Shown: positions 15,877 through 27,154 of the stretch, piece after piece
Numbering within the stretch: position 1 is the stretch's first letter
Layout of the letters: each line of letters opens with the position of its first letter
NCBI RefSeq assembly: GCF_040396775.1
Contig: NZ_JBEBNT010000019.1
Location: forward strand, 7,880 to 71,879
Origin: Providencia sp.
GTDB lineage: Bacteria > Pseudomonadota > Gammaproteobacteria > Enterobacterales > Enterobacteriaceae
Length of the DNA stretch: 64,000 bases
Direction: 5' to 3'
Made by a program: the position numbers and the translations under genes
The notes under the pieces: generated by a model
What the model was told of the DNA's origin: nothing
Database searches by the model: none
Seen by the model: the letters and a program-made list of their open reading frames with translations, nothing else

Positions 15877-18039
15877 CTACAACATTTCTAATCGAGCATA
15901 AGACGCTACCAGCCATTTAATGCCTTGTCCCTGAAACGCAATTTGCAATCGGCAATGCTCACCACTTCCCTCAAGGTTAATGATGGTGCCTTCGCCAAAT
16001 TTCGCATGTCTGACTCGCTGCCCTAATGCATAACCTGAATCATTCTGGCTGATTGGCGTACCAAGACGTTGATGACTGACAGGACGAGAAACTGTCGCTC
16101 TTAAACGTACCTCTTCCACACATTCTGTTGGCAACTCACCAATGAAGCGAGAAGGACGATGATAAACTTCTTTACCATATAAACGACGGCTTTCTGCATA
16201 GGTAATCGTCAGCTTTACCATCGCACGGGTAATCCCTACATAAGCCAGACGACGCTCTTCTTCAAGGCGGCCGCTTTCGTCCATAGACATTTGACTTGGG
16301 AACATACCTTCCTCCATTCCTACGATAAATACCACAGGAAATTCAAGCCCTTTAGCAGAGTGCAATGTCATCAATTGAACGGCATCTTGGTTGACATCAG
16401 CCTGTCCTTCACCAGACTCTAATGCAGCGTGAGATAAAAATGCCTGTAATGGCATTAAATCTTGGTCTTCATCTTGATAGCTAAAGTCACGTGTCGCGTT
16501 GACTAACTCTTCCAAGTTTTCAATTCGAGCTTGGGCTTTCTCACCCTTTTCTTGCTCATACATTGCTCGTAAACCGGAATCATTGATCACTCGGTCGGCT
16601 TGAACATGTAATGGCATCTCTTGGGTCTCTTTCGCTAATGCTTCGATTAACTCAAGAAAACGTTCAATTGAACTCGCAGCCCTGCCGCCCAATACCTGTT
16701 CGCGAAGTAAGTACTCACAACTCTCCCATAAAGTCAGTTGCTGATCCCGAGCAGTTTGACGAACTGTATCCAATGTTCTCTCACCAATGCCTCGCGTTGG
16801 TGTGTTCACCACACGCTCAAAAGAAGCGTCGTCATTACGGTTAGCAATCAATCTCAAGTATGAGAGCGCATCTTTAATTTCTTGGCGCTCAAAGAAGCGC
16901 TGGCCGCCGTAAATACGGTATGCCATCGCACCTTGAATTAACGCTTCTTCCATGACACGAGATTGGGCATTACTTCGGTAGAGGATCGCGCAATCTTGTA
17001 AAGCACCACCGTTTTCATGCCATTGCTTGATGCGTCCAACCACATAGCGGGCTTCATCAAGCTCATTGAAGGCACAATAAAGGGAAATAGGTTCGCCATC
17101 GCCGCCCTCTGTCCACAAATTTTTACCGAGTCGGTCACTATTATTGGCGATGAGCGTATTCGCTGATTTCAAAATATTATTGGTTGAACGGTAATTTTGC
17201 TCAAGACGGATAGTTTCAGCGCCGGGAAAATCATTCAAGAAACGCTGAATATTCTCAACTTGTGCACCACGCCAACCATAAATTGATTGGTCATCGTCCC
17301 CCACGATCATCACTTTGCCCGTATCGCCAGCTAATACCCGAATCCAAGCATATTGAATGCTGTTGGTATCTTGGAATTCATCCACCAAGATATTAGTAAA
17401 ACGCTCACGGTAATGCTGGAGAACATGAGGCTTGTTCAGCCATAACTCATGAGCACGCAACAGTAATTCAGCAAAATCCACCAGCCCAGCGCGATCACAG
17501 GCTTCTTGATAGGCTTGGTATACCTTCAACCACGTCGCCTCTACTGGATTACCATAACTTTCAATATGCTGAGGACGCAGCCCTTCATCTTTTTTACCGT
17601 TGATGTACCACATACCTTGGCGAGGTGGCCACTGTTTCTCATCGAGATTCATAGCTTTAAGTAGACGGCGGATCAGACGATATTGGTCGTCACTGTCTAG
17701 AATTTGAAAATCTTGTGGCAAATTGGCATCTAAATAGTGCTGACGGAGTAAGCGGTGTGCTAAACCGTGGAAAGTACCAATCCACATTCCACCTTCGCTG
17801 GTTCCCACTAACTGATTAATACGATGACGCATTTCTGCGGCAGCTTTGTTGGTAAACGTCACAGCCATAATCGAAAACGGAGACGCATTTTCCACCGACA
17901 TTAGCCAAGCAATGCGATGTACCAACACACGCGTTTTACCGCTCCCCGCCCCAGCGAGTACCAGTAAATTAGTTCGCGGGGCGGCAACCGCTTCGCGTTG
18001 TTTGTCATTAAGACCTTCGAGCAGATATGAGACGTCCAT
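15877..18039 (-). CDS. uvrD: DNA helicase II UvrD
   Basis: The track ORF starts at 18051. The ATG at 18039 gives MDVSYLLEGLNDKQREAV, matching the E. coli UvrD N-terminus. All SF1 helicase motifs are present. Confidence 0.97.
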   Translation of the reverse strand: MDVSYLLEGLNDKQREAVAAPRTNLLVLAGAGSGKTRVLVHRIAWLMSVENASPFSIMAVTFTNKAAAEMRHRINQLVGTSEGGMWIGTFHGLAHRLLRQHYLDANLPQDFQILDSDDQYRLIRRLLKAMNLDEKQWPPRQGMWYINGKKDEGLRPQHIESYGNPVEATWLKVYQAYQEACDRAGLVDFAELLLRAHELWLNKPHVLQHYRERFTNILVDEFQDTNSIQYAWIRVLAGDTGKVMIVGDDDQSIYGWRGAQVENIQRFLNDFPGAETIRLEQNYRSTNNILKSANTLIANNSDRLGKNLWTEGGDGEPISLYCAFNELDEARYVVGRIKQWHENGGALQDCAILYRSNAQSRVMEEALIQGAMAYRIYGGQRFFERQEIKDALSYLRLIANRNDDASFERVVNTPTRGIGERTLDTVRQTARDQQLTLWESCEYLLREQVLGGRAASSIERFLELIEALAKETQEMPLHVQADRVINDSGLRAMYEQEKGEKAQARIENLEELVNATRDFSYQDEDQDLMPLQAFLSHAALESGEGQADVNQDAVQLMTLHSAKGLEFPVVFIVGMEEGMFPSQMSMDESGRLEEERRLAYVGITRAMVKLTITYAESRRLYGKEVYHRPSRFIGELPTECVEEVRLRATVSRPVSHQRLGTPISQNDSGYALGQRVRHAKFGEGTIINLEGSGEHCRLQIAFQGQGIKWLVASYARLEML

Positions 18040-18057
18040 AGTTACCATCAAAGCAAA

Positions 18058-18237
18058 ACAGTGACTTGCACCACTGTGGGGTTACTGACAAAGAGGGAGT
18101 AAAATGTGGTTTTTCACTCTTTGTGTTATTAGGCGAAAATCAATAAATGATTTTCCTCGTTTATTTTCATAAACCCAAGAAGCCATTTCAAAACCCGATG
18201 GATTTGGAAATAGTTTAACAGTGGCTTACACCACTGT
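18058..18237. repeat. structured intergenic repeat element, copy B, bracketed by a duplicated 20-bp hairpin
   Basis: acagtgacttgcaccactgt (18058-18077) and acagtggcttacaccactgt (18218-18237) flank a core that aligns with copy A. The three core hairpins carry compensatory changes between the copies. Confidence 0.75.
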
Positions 18238-18249
18238 GTTTTTATACAG
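18234..18249. promoter_or_regulatory. LexA (SOS) box upstream of uvrD
   Basis: CTGtgtttttataCAG fits CTG-N10-CAG with an AT-rich spacer. It lies 8 nt downstream of the predicted -10. uvrD is a known SOS gene. Confidence 0.65.
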
Positions 18250-18256
18250 AGAGAGG

Positions 18257-18284
18257 ATTATACCAATGACAAAAGAGAATCCAA
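18257..18284 (-). promoter_or_regulatory. candidate uvrD promoter overlapping the yigB stop codon
   Basis: Minus-strand TTGGAT (18284-18279), a 16-nt spacer, then TATAAT (18262-18257). Confidence 0.5.
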
Positions 18285-18974
18285 CCGACAAATTTCTACG
18301 TGAGGTAATAAATGCCCTTCTTTCTCGTTCATCAACGTTGAATGGTCCACGTTAAACCAGCAAGCTTGCATTCCACTTTTGATTGCCCCTTCCACATCCG
18401 TTAGTAGGTTATCCCCAATATGTAAAATTGCGCTAGGCTCAATGTTTAAGCGCTGAGAGGCTAGATGGTACATATCACAATACGGTTTTGAGCGCCCATC
18501 AGGACCTGCTTTTAAGACAAACTGGAAATATTGCCCTAACCCACACTCTTGTGGTTCTGCATTACCGTTAGTGATGGCTACCAGTGGTAATTTTTCGGCT
18601 AATTTTGCTAACGTTTCATGTGTTGATTGCGGCACATCGATTTGGTTACGCCAGTAAGTAAAGTGCGACATAATCTCATCCGCACCTTTCAGAGCATCTT
18701 CTTTACTGTAACCATAGTGGCATAACATCATTTTCGACGATAACCAGCGCCAACGGGTAATATCATGACGAATATTGGGTTCTTGCTCTTCAACTAAATA
18801 ACGAAATGCATAAATATCATCGTTAGTAAAATGATGAAAACGCGGGTCATATTCACGGATAAACCGTAAAACTTCCTCTTCGGTTTTATCAATTACTGGG
18901 TGGTTGTCGTACAACGTATCATCCAAATCAAACGTCATCGCTTTGATGGGTGATAACGGACGGTAAAAGTGCAT
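18258..18974 (-). CDS. yigB: HAD-family phosphatase YigB
   Basis: 238 aa with DLDDTLYDN (DxDxT) and GDN..TDV motifs. Its start overlaps the xerC stop (TAATG). Position in the operon is conserved. Confidence 0.88.
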   Translation of the reverse strand: MHFYRPLSPIKAMTFDLDDTLYDNHPVIDKTEEEVLRFIREYDPRFHHFTNDDIYAFRYLVEEQEPNIRHDITRWRWLSSKMMLCHYGYSKEDALKGADEIMSHFTYWRNQIDVPQSTHETLAKLAEKLPLVAITNGNAEPQECGLGQYFQFVLKAGPDGRSKPYCDMYHLASQRLNIEPSAILHIGDNLLTDVEGAIKSGMQACWFNVDHSTLMNEKEGHLLPHVEICRLDSLLSLV

Positions 18975-19909
18975 TAAGATTTCTCCCTCTTCGCTCGCGG
19001 ATGCGCCACATCATAAACATTTGCGAGATGTTGGAAATCAAGGTGGGTATAAATTTGGGTTGTTGAGAGATTGGCATGACCCAATAACTCTTGGACCCCG
19101 CGTAAATTACCACTTGATTCGAGAATATGCGTTGCAAAAGAGTGGCGTAATTTGTGGGGATTGATATGGCTATTCACCTCTTGTTTGATTCCCCATTGTT
19201 CGAATCGCTTTTGCACATTACGATTCGAGATACGTTTACCACTTTGCGTCGAAATAAATACCGCACCATCAACTGGCTCATACAATTCACGCATTTCAAG
19301 CCAGCGCTTTAACCAGCTTACCGCTGTTTTTCCTAGGGGAATTTTACGTTCTTTGCTACCTTTCCCCATCACCCAAACCTCGCCTAAATCGAGATCTAGA
19401 TGCTTCACATCTAAGCCAACTAACTCAGATAGACGTAATCCTGCGCCATACATCACTTCTAACATCGTCCTATCTCTCACGACGAGAGGGTCACCACTGT
19501 CCATATTCAATAATTGAGAGATTTCATCCACATCCATATTTTTGGGCAGACGTTTTTTGGCTTTAGGTGCATGGAGAGTTTTCACCGGATTTGCAGGTAG
19601 CTCCCCTTGCTGCACCATCCAATCACAAAAACTGCGAAGGGCTGAAAGCCTTAGTGCCATACTCGCGGCTTGTAAGCCAGTTCGACGGCTTTTCGCCGCA
19701 ATACTGCGCCCTAAGGTAATATCCAGTTTTTGCCATTGATTGACTTTTAGCTCACCCAAAATTTGGCACACGACACTTAATTGACGACGATAATTGGTGA
19801 TAGTCACTGGACTTAACCGCCGTTCGACGCGCAGATAGCGAAGAAAGGCTTCGACTTGGATCATCAGCCCTTCTGGCTGAACGTCTACAGACGCTCTATC
19901 CATTGACAT
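18974..19909 (-). CDS. xerC: site-specific tyrosine recombinase XerC
   Basis: 311 aa, near-collinear with E. coli XerC ([47 protein letters not shown]). GAGG lies 5 nt before the ATG at 19909. Confidence 0.95.
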   Translation of the reverse strand: MSMDRASVDVQPEGLMIQVEAFLRYLRVERRLSPVTITNYRRQLSVVCQILGELKVNQWQKLDITLGRSIAAKSRRTGLQAASMALRLSALRSFCDWMVQQGELPANPVKTLHAPKAKKRLPKNMDVDEISQLLNMDSGDPLVVRDRTMLEVMYGAGLRLSELVGLDVKHLDLDLGEVWVMGKGSKERKIPLGKTAVSWLKRWLEMRELYEPVDGAVFISTQSGKRISNRNVQKRFEQWGIKQEVNSHINPHKLRHSFATHILESSGNLRGVQELLGHANLSTTQIYTHLDFQHLANVYDVAHPRAKREKS

Positions 19910-20586
19910 AATAACCTCGGTAGGATTTGAGCCACTTTTTCCAGCATCACTGTTCCCATACCATGTTGATAGTGTTCACGGTCGCGGCTACTAAAAATAA
20001 CCATACCTGACTCACCATGATGACCAAACAGTGAAATCGCCACTGAACCTACATTTTGTGCATCAGGCAGTAAAAGTTGAAGTTCAGGACCATTAAGACG
20101 ACCAAGATAATTGAGGCGATCCCCAAAACGCTGAATACGTACAGGCTCGAAAATACGACGCGGAAGCACTAATTCGTGAGCATCTAATGGGGCGGATAAC
20201 CGCCAACTGTCACTAAACAGGCGTACTGATGCTGATAAACCCAGTTTTTTTGCCCAACGGTTTAATGAAAATAACATCTCCCGCAAACTGTTTGCAGAAG
20301 ACATCTCAATCACAAGATAAAGAAGTTCATCGAACAGCAGCCCATTTTCATGCGCCTGTTCCACCATGAAGCGAATATCCTGTTCAAGATTTTTAATTTT
20401 TTGACGTTGACGACTCATCACGAGCTCAGGAAGCGAAATAGCCTCCTGAACAACGTGAGGAACCTTGATTTGCTCAGCAAGAGATACATTGCGAATAAAG
20501 AAATAAGGGTTCTGTTTTAAATATTGCACCACATCCTGCTCATCCATTCGCTGAGCAATCTCTGGCACCGTTTCACGCTTATCCAT
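19885..20586 (-). CDS. yigA: DUF484 protein YigA
   Basis: The track ORF opens with TTG at 20607. The ATG at 20586 follows GAGGGG by 4 nt and gives 233 aa (E. coli YigA is about 235 aa). Conserved dapF-yigA-xerC context. Confidence 0.85.
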   Translation of the reverse strand: MDKRETVPEIAQRMDEQDVVQYLKQNPYFFIRNVSLAEQIKVPHVVQEAISLPELVMSRQRQKIKNLEQDIRFMVEQAHENGLLFDELLYLVIEMSSANSLREMLFSLNRWAKKLGLSASVRLFSDSWRLSAPLDAHELVLPRRIFEPVRIQRFGDRLNYLGRLNGPELQLLLPDAQNVGSVAISLFGHHGESGMVIFSSRDREHYQHGMGTVMLEKVAQILPRLLCQWIERL

Positions 20587-20613
20587 TATTCCCCTCTTTG
20601 CACTCAATCAAGA

Positions 20614-21450
20614 TTAAATTTGGATCACTCCATCATAGACATGGGTTGCAGGTCCCGTCATGTATAACGGCGATCCGGGACCATCCCAACTAATATCCAG
20701 AGAACCGCCTGGTAAATCCACGCGAACTCTGTTCGCTAACAACCCCTGCCCAACACCGACGGCCACAGCCGCACATGCCCCACTCCCGCATGCTTGGGTT
20801 TCCCCTGCACCACGTTCATAAACACGTAGACGAATGTAATCCGCACTGACAACCTCCATAAACCCGATATTGGCACGTTCAGGGAAGCGCTCATGGCTTT
20901 CTAGTGCAGGACCTAAAACTTCCACTTCAGCGGTCTGTACATTATCGACTTGTACAACACAATGGGGGTTTCCCATCGAAACAACCCCCGCAAACACTGT
21001 ACGTTCTTGTGCTCGAATAATATAGGTTTTTTCCGCTTTCACGGCGCGAAATGGAACGTTTTGTGGCTCGAAATCAGGCTCGCCCATATTCACGCAAACA
21101 TCATCATTTTCATTAATGGTAAGAGTCATGCGCCCTGATTGAGTGCTCACTTTAATTTTTTGCTTGTTCGTCAGTCCTTTTAAGCGCACAAAGCGCGCAA
21201 AACACCGTGCACCATTGCCACATTGTGCCACTTCGCTACCATCCGCATTAAAAATACGATAATGGAAATCAAGATCGGGATCATAAGGGGCTTCCACCAG
21301 CAAAAGCTGATCAAAACCAACGCCAGTATGTCTATCTGCAAGGCGGCAGATCAGCTCTGGTGAAAAATAGACGTTCTGTGTGACGCCATCTACCACCATA
21401 AAATCATTGCCTAGACCATGCATTTTTGAGAACTGCAATTCACGTTCCAT
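20614..21450 (-). CDS. dapF: diaminopimelate epimerase
   Basis: [16 protein letters not shown] and both catalytic Cys motifs (CGNGARC, CGSGACA) are present. An alternative TTG start at 21438 would match the E. coli N-terminus. Confidence 0.96.
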   Translation of the reverse strand: MERELQFSKMHGLGNDFMVVDGVTQNVYFSPELICRLADRHTGVGFDQLLLVEAPYDPDLDFHYRIFNADGSEVAQCGNGARCFARFVRLKGLTNKQKIKVSTQSGRMTLTINENDDVCVNMGEPDFEPQNVPFRAVKAEKTYIIRAQERTVFAGVVSMGNPHCVVQVDNVQTAEVEVLGPALESHERFPERANIGFMEVVSADYIRLRVYERGAGETQACGSGACAAVAVGVGQGLLANRVRVDLPGGSLDISWDGPGSPLYMTGPATHVYDGVIQI

Positions 21451-21459
21451 AGCAGAGGC

Positions 21460-21639
21460 TTACTGTTTATTCGCAGCAGGCTCTTTGTTTGAGCTGCTTG
21501 GAGCTTTAGGTTGCACGTCAGATTTAGCAGGCGCAGCTGCATTGTCTTCAGGCGGAAAATACAACGGACCTTTTAAGCCGCAGCCTGAAAGGGTAAGTAA
21601 AACGAGAAGTGCACTAAGCCCAAATAAACTTTTTTTCAT
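21460..21639 (-). CDS. lptM: LPS-assembly lipoprotein LptM (YifL), 59 aa, missed by the ORF track
   Basis: Hand translation gives MKKSLFGLSALLVLLTLSGCGLKGPLYFPP.... It has a lipobox LSGC and the conserved GLKGPLYFPP. It sits directly upstream of dapF as in E. coli. Confidence 0.9.
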   Translation of the reverse strand: MKKSLFGLSALLVLLTLSGCGLKGPLYFPPEDNAAAPAKSDVQPKAPSSSNKEPAANKQ

Positions 21640-21853
21640 TATGTTTCGCCTGTAAGACTAAATTTTGCAATCTGATATTTCACACAGTAACAGGAGTCGC
21701 TTTTCAAATCACGCCTGTTTATCAAACATATTAATATTATATACGTTAAATAATTCAAATGGCATCTCACATCTGAGATGTGAGCCGTTTGACCCCTGAA
21801 CACATTCAACCCTATAATTTCGCCTAAATAAAAGTATAAACAGGAAATACATC

Positions 21854-22171
21854 ATGAACGATAGCGAATTTCATCAGTTGGCAGAGCAATTGCTTAGTTC
21901 GATTGAAGAACATTTAGATAATTACGATGGCGATGCAGATATTGATAGTGAAATTAATGGCGGCGTCATGACATTGAGTTTTGAAGATGGCAGTAAGATT
22001 ATCATCAACAAACAAGAAGCGTTCCACCAGATCTGGTTAGCGACAAAACAAGGTGGCTATCATTATGATTACAAAGATGGAAAATGGATTTGTGACCGCT
22101 CAGGTCAAGAGTTTCTGTCTATGTTAGGCAATGCAATTACCTTCCAAAGCCACTTCCCTTTTTCGTTCTAA
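21854..22171 (+). CDS. cyaY: frataxin homologue CyaY
   Basis: 105 aa. [11 protein letters not shown]..., [19 protein letters not shown] and IWLA motifs. Lies between lptM and cyaA. Confidence 0.93.
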   Translation: MNDSEFHQLAEQLLSSIEEHLDNYDGDADIDSEINGGVMTLSFEDGSKIIINKQEAFHQIWLATKQGGYHYDYKDGKWICDRSGQEFLSMLGNAITFQSHFPFSF

Positions 22172-22253
22172 ACACGCACTCATTCTAAAACCACAGGCAG
22201 AGGCAATAATATACTCTGTCTGTCGTTTATCACGATTAAAACCAATAATCATA

Positions 22254-24839
22254 TTACGCGTGCTGTTTAGATAGGCTTAGCGGCTCAGGCGAGCTTAATG
22301 GTGGTGCAGAGGGGTAATCATCATTATCTTCTTCGTCTGCAGTAAATGGCCAAGTCGCATCAGAAAAGACCATGACTTGCTTTTTGCCTGCCTCTTCTAC
22401 AATTTGATAAAACTGAGGTAAATTGAAATTAATAAAGTTCGCACCGTAAGTAAAACGGTCATGGGAAGATGAGTAAAATTTACTCACATCACGCACCAAT
22501 TCTTCTTTTGAACCTTCGCAGTGAGAATAGATTTCCACGCGATTGGCTTCATCCAACACGTAAATATTAAAGCCAGTGTTGTCGTCAGTATTTTCAAAGA
22601 AAAACTGCACAATACCTTCACTTGCGTAGCCATCAACAACCGCAGGAAGATGATTATCCCCCTTCGCTTGTAATTTTACTGGCCAACCATGCAATTTGTT
22701 ATGGGAGATAGCGCCATAGAACTCAACCGCATTTTCAAGCTTTTGCACAGAAACGTTTAAACGTTCAAAGAACAGACCCCATGTTTGCCCAGCGATACGC
22801 AGAGCCTTAAAGCGCCCTGGCTCATTATGGTTACTGGATAAACGCAGCTCAATACACTCTGATACCAACTGTTGGACACGAGTACGAATAAGACCGCGTA
22901 AATGTTCGCTATAACAAAATACTTCAACTGCCTCTGGCGGCGCCGCGTCTTGGTGCATTTTGCCAAGGATGGTTTTCAGCGCTTCTAACATACACTGCTC
23001 ACCACTGAAATGCAGAGTACGAACCTCATTCCATGAATTACGGTACAGCAGGTCAATGCTGCTAATCAGGCATTTTTGTGATTCACCAAAGCTGAAAATA
23101 TCTAGCTTTCTAAAATCCACATGCACCACTTGCTCAGAGTAAACCTGAGTCGGGTCTTTCTCCAAGTTAACAATAATGGCTAAGTGGCGGATTTCACATG
23201 GACTATACAATGCTTTAGGGGTTGGAGCTGGCAATCTTATTGGGAAATGGCTCGATACATCATGCATTAATTCCAATAACTTACGCTCATCGCATTGGGA
23301 CTTGCCATGATGCATATGGACTTGCGTATTTTCAGTCAGTAACCCATTAAAATAGGCCCACGCCACTAACTTATTCAAATAGCGGTTATATTCTAAAGGT
23401 TGATGACCAATAATGGTGTCAATTTGCGGTGCTTGGTTATACAGGTACCAACCACTGCGATTTGCACGACCTTCAGGGACATAAATAAACGTCAGATGCT
23501 CTTCACTGAGGTCTGGCGAAATCTGAGGGTTAACCAGAGTCACTTTCCCTGGTAGCGCTTCAAAGGCCGCATATAACTTACGGGTTAATACCCCAATATC
23601 TTGTGGGCTAGCACTAACACTTAAATTATTACGGCGCGCAAACCGAATTAAATTACGGTAACTTTGCATCATCGTATCGAGCAGCTCATTATGAGCTTCA
23701 CGTACTCGCTCAATTTTCCATTGGTTACGCGTATCCAATAATGCCAAACGCTCTGAACTCCATCCCCACGATTCCACTAACTGAGACAACACATCACGAC
23801 GCCAACCTGAACACGAATTACCTTCATCTTCAGACAGTTTTTCACAGACTTTGAGATAGAAACAGCGGCGAATTAAATCTAAACGTGTTGAGTCGTTAAT
23901 TTCAGTCAAATAACGAGTAACACGTTCCAACATCAAACAGTATGAATCCAACCCGTAACAGACAATTTCACCTGCATGTAAATGACGTTTGAATTCTAAC
24001 GCTAATAATTTACCGTGTGGATAATCCCAAGAATAGGATTCCAGTAAAATGCTTTTTAATACCGCTTTATAAGGAGAATCGACACTTTTATACAGCTGCC
24101 ACAGGCTCGCGCCAAAGTATTCCGCAGCTGAAAGTTCACCAAGGCCCCCTAAATCTAGCCATTCGTTTGGTGTCAAAACGCCTTGCGCATAGAGTCCCAT
24201 GACATATTCGTCATAGTGTTGCTCTTCCTCAACAGGGACCATCGTCCACAATAAGCGTTTTCCGGCCATTCTTACCGCAGTACGGTAAAATTCATCCAGC
24301 AGTAAAATATGTTGAGTAGAACCGCAATCTTCACCACCGATATGTCCACTCGCATTATGGCGAAAACGGTTTTCATCAATTAAAAAAATCGTGACATCAA
24401 TCCCCAGAGAAGCTGCCCACTGTTCGATTAATGTGCATTTTTTCTGTAGGAATCGTTTCTCTTCGTTATCTAACCAAGAAGGATGACAGACCCAAACGTC
24501 AATATCTGAACAGTGACTTTGGCCCACTGAAGACGTACTTCCCATCGAGTAAATGCCCGTAATTGGCAATTCACCATTCGCTTGGTTTTTGGTGGGTAAA
24601 AAACGTTCTAAAGGTTGTAACCATTTGAGTTGTTCTGCATCGGGAGAAAAGAAACAGACACCATGAGGGACGTTGCCTTCAATATAACCCGGCATCATTG
24701 GATGATGATAATGAAACAAAACCGGCAACAAGTTGTAAACCTTCGAAAAGGTTTCACTCATAGAAGCCGTCGCGCGTTCCAACCGCAGTTGGTTTATCGC
24801 ATCAAGTCTTTGCTTTAAAGTTTCAATATAGAGGTACAA
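22254..24839 (-). CDS. cyaA: class I adenylate cyclase
   Basis: 861 aa beginning (M)[18 protein letters not shown]. The initiation codon read from the sequence is TTG (24839-24837), as in E. coli cyaA. Confidence 0.96.
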   Translation of the reverse strand: MYLYIETLKQRLDAINQLRLERATASMSETFSKVYNLLPVLFHYHHPMMPGYIEGNVPHGVCFFSPDAEQLKWLQPLERFLPTKNQANGELPITGIYSMGSTSSVGQSHCSDIDVWVCHPSWLDNEEKRFLQKKCTLIEQWAASLGIDVTIFLIDENRFRHNASGHIGGEDCGSTQHILLLDEFYRTAVRMAGKRLLWTMVPVEEEQHYDEYVMGLYAQGVLTPNEWLDLGGLGELSAAEYFGASLWQLYKSVDSPYKAVLKSILLESYSWDYPHGKLLALEFKRHLHAGEIVCYGLDSYCLMLERVTRYLTEINDSTRLDLIRRCFYLKVCEKLSEDEGNSCSGWRRDVLSQLVESWGWSSERLALLDTRNQWKIERVREAHNELLDTMMQSYRNLIRFARRNNLSVSASPQDIGVLTRKLYAAFEALPGKVTLVNPQISPDLSEEHLTFIYVPEGRANRSGWYLYNQAPQIDTIIGHQPLEYNRYLNKLVAWAYFNGLLTENTQVHMHHGKSQCDERKLLELMHDVSSHFPIRLPAPTPKALYSPCEIRHLAIIVNLEKDPTQVYSEQVVHVDFRKLDIFSFGESQKCLISSIDLLYRNSWNEVRTLHFSGEQCMLEALKTILGKMHQDAAPPEAVEVFCYSEHLRGLIRTRVQQLVSECIELRLSSNHNEPGRFKALRIAGQTWGLFFERLNVSVQKLENAVEFYGAISHNKLHGWPVKLQAKGDNHLPAVVDGYASEGIVQFFFENTDDNTGFNIYVLDEANRVEIYSHCEGSKEELVRDVSKFYSSSHDRFTYGANFINFNLPQFYQIVEEAGKKQVMVFSDATWPFTADEEDNDDYPSAPPLSSPEPLSLSKQHA

Positions 24840-24945
24840 AGGTTACGCCTGACTGAATGAATGTAATGACAAACCTGGGGGAATTTTCCCAGCACCCAAC
24901 AGATAGAGAAAAACTTAAATTACTTTTCAAAGGGATTGTCGGAAA

Positions 24946-24961
24946 CGTGATCAATTTAACA
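24946..24961. promoter_or_regulatory. possible cAMP-CRP site in the cyaA upstream region
   Basis: CGTGA-tcaatt-TAACA matches 8 of 10 core positions of TGTGA-N6-TCACA. It lies about 110-120 nt upstream of the cyaA start. Confidence 0.3.
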
Positions 24962-25454
24962 CCTTGGAGCAAAAGGGTAAAGTAGATCACAGAATTTTTC
25001 CCGTCTATTTTTAGTACAAATTATTTTTCAACATATTGTATAAAAAGACTTTTTATTTTTGTATCACGGAAATATCCCTTGTTTTTCAATGGAATAATAT
25101 CAGTGCCGTCGATTGTCTAACAAAAAGGCAGCCATAATCTAAATCCAGCTTAGTGCTGTCCGGCTCTACGCTTACTCGCTTCAACAAAAATCGCTTAATC
25201 CGCTCTCCATTTTATTTTAAAAAAAGCACGAATAGCTAAAGAATTTTGTTATATAGATCTTTTTTTACCCGTTTTTCTTCACTCTCTGCCCCAAAAAGAT
25301 GTAAAAAAGCGAACGTAAGATTATTCACTCTCTCTGCACACTCACTGAATATCGTTCATTCTGCGACCAACTGGAAAAATGGCCGCTAACATGTTAAAAC
25401 TAACGCCAATTGTATGGTTAATCTGCGGCAATATTCGCCTGAGAAAACAGTGAA

Positions 25455-26399
25455 ATGACATCAACAAATATCGTACGCATCGCGACGCGTAAAAGCCCTC
25501 TCGCTCTATGGCAAGCTTATTTCGTCAAAGCGAAACTCGAGCAACTCCACCCAGGTTTACAGGTAGAGTTAGTTCCAATGGTCACCAAAGGGGACATCAT
25601 TTTAGATACCCCATTAGCAAAAGTGGGTGGAAAAGGATTATTCGTCAAAGAGTTAGAGTTGGCTTTACTCGAAGGGCGTGCAGATATTGCCGTTCACTCC
25701 ATGAAAGACGTCCCCGTTGAATTTCCTGAAGGGTTAGGTTTAGTCACCATTTGTGAGCGAGAAGACCCACGGGATGCATTTGTTTCAAACCATTATGCCA
25801 ATATTGATGCGCTTCCTGCGGGTAGCATCGTCGGGACATCCAGCTTACGTCGCCAATGCCAATTAAGAGAATTACGCCCGGATCTCGTTATCCGAGACTT
25901 ACGCGGCAACGTGGGTACCCGCCTATCCAAGCTTGATAATGGCGAATATGATGCCATTATCCTTGCAGTCGCTGGTTTAAAACGCTTAGAGCTCGATGAA
26001 CGTATCAAAACCGCGTTGGAACCAGAACAATCTCTACCTGCGGTAGGACAAGGCGCGGTAGGCATTGAGTGCCGTTTAAATGATCAACGTACTCGCGATT
26101 TATTGGCAAAATTGAACCATGATGCAACATCGATTTGCGTTCTCGCGGAACGTGCAATGAATATGCGCCTCGAAGGGGGTTGCCAAGTCCCTATTGGCAG
26201 TTACGCCATCTGGCAAGGCGATAAAATCTGGTTACGTGCCCTTGTGGGAGCGCCAGATGGTAGCCAAGTCATCCGTGGTGAGCGTTTAATCGCACCTGTG
26301 GATGCAATCCAAGCAGGTATTTCTCTCGCGGAAGAGCTGCTTAATAAAGGCGCGCGCGAAATTCTAGCTGAAGTCTATAAAGGAAATGCACCAGCATGA
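25455..26399 (+). CDS. hemC: hydroxymethylbilane synthase (porphobilinogen deaminase)
   Basis: 314 aa, near-collinear with E. coli HemC ([32 protein letters not shown]). Confidence 0.96.
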   Translation: MTSTNIVRIATRKSPLALWQAYFVKAKLEQLHPGLQVELVPMVTKGDIILDTPLAKVGGKGLFVKELELALLEGRADIAVHSMKDVPVEFPEGLGLVTICEREDPRDAFVSNHYANIDALPAGSIVGTSSLRRQCQLRELRPDLVIRDLRGNVGTRLSKLDNGEYDAIILAVAGLKRLELDERIKTALEPEQSLPAVGQGAVGIECRLNDQRTRDLLAKLNHDATSICVLAERAMNMRLEGGCQVPIGSYAIWQGDKIWLRALVGAPDGSQVIRGERLIAPVDAIQAGISLAEELLNKGAREILAEVYKGNAPA

Positions 26400-27151
26400 A
26401 GGTCCTTGTTACTCGCCCTGAGCCATCAAGCTCAGCGTTGATAACAGCCATTAATGCAATAGGGGCACAAGCTTATGCTGCCCCCCTAATTACGATTGAA
26501 GCTGGCGCGGAACTGAATACGTTAATCCCACGCTTAGATGGATTATCGAAAAACGACCTCGTCTTTCTTTTGTCCAAAAATGCCGTCTGGTATGCAAATT
26601 TAGTGCTGCAACAAGCAGGACGAGACTGGTCAGATAAGTTATCCTATTATGGTATAGGACAATCGACAGGACACTATTTTCAACGGTTAACTGGACAGAC
26701 TATCCATTGGGCTGAAGCGGGTGAAACCAGCGAAGTGTTACTCACTCACCCTGACCTACAAAATTTAACCGGAAAATGTGCCATACTCCTGCGAGGAAAT
26801 GGTGGGCGTGAGCTTCTTGCCTCAACATTGCGCGCACGAGGTGCCAATGTTGATTACTGCGAATGTTACGCAAGACGCCCTGTACCGTATGATAAAACTG
26901 AGTTTAACCAAACTTGGTTTAACGCTGATATCACTGACATCGTCATCACCAGTGGAGAAATGTTAACGTTGCTTAATGATTTGCTCTCTGAAGAGATGAA
27001 ACAATGGTGGTATTCCCGCCGACTACTGGTTGTCAGCGAACGAATTGCAGAAAAAGCCCACCAAAGTGGGTGGCGTCGAGTCTGCGTAGCAACTAGCGCA
27101 GAGAATAACGCTTTACTTGAAGCATTAATTTCAACCGATATGGGATGCTAA
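26396..27151 (+). CDS. hemD: uroporphyrinogen-III synthase
   Basis: 251 aa. ATGA overlap with hemC. MKVLVTRP start. Conserved hemCDXY order. Confidence 0.9.
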   Translation: MKVLVTRPEPSSSALITAINAIGAQAYAAPLITIEAGAELNTLIPRLDGLSKNDLVFLLSKNAVWYANLVLQQAGRDWSDKLSYYGIGQSTGHYFQRLTGQTIHWAEAGETSEVLLTHPDLQNLTGKCAILLRGNGGRELLASTLRARGANVDYCECYARRPVPYDKTEFNQTWFNADITDIVITSGEMLTLLNDLLSEEMKQWWYSRRLLVVSERIAEKAHQSGWRRVCVATSAENNALLEALISTDMGC

Positions 27152-27154
27152 TTT

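Noticed and set aside
18974-19909. Tyrosine recombinase as the integrase of the neighbouring accessory interval
   Set aside because: It is the housekeeping XerC in the conserved dapF-yigA-xerC-yigB operon, near-collinear with E. coli XerC. It is also separated from the island by uvrD.
21380-21655. 91-aa plus-strand ORF between dapF and cyaY
   Set aside because: The opposite strand encodes the conserved lipoprotein LptM in this exact interval, so the plus-strand ORF is its shadow.
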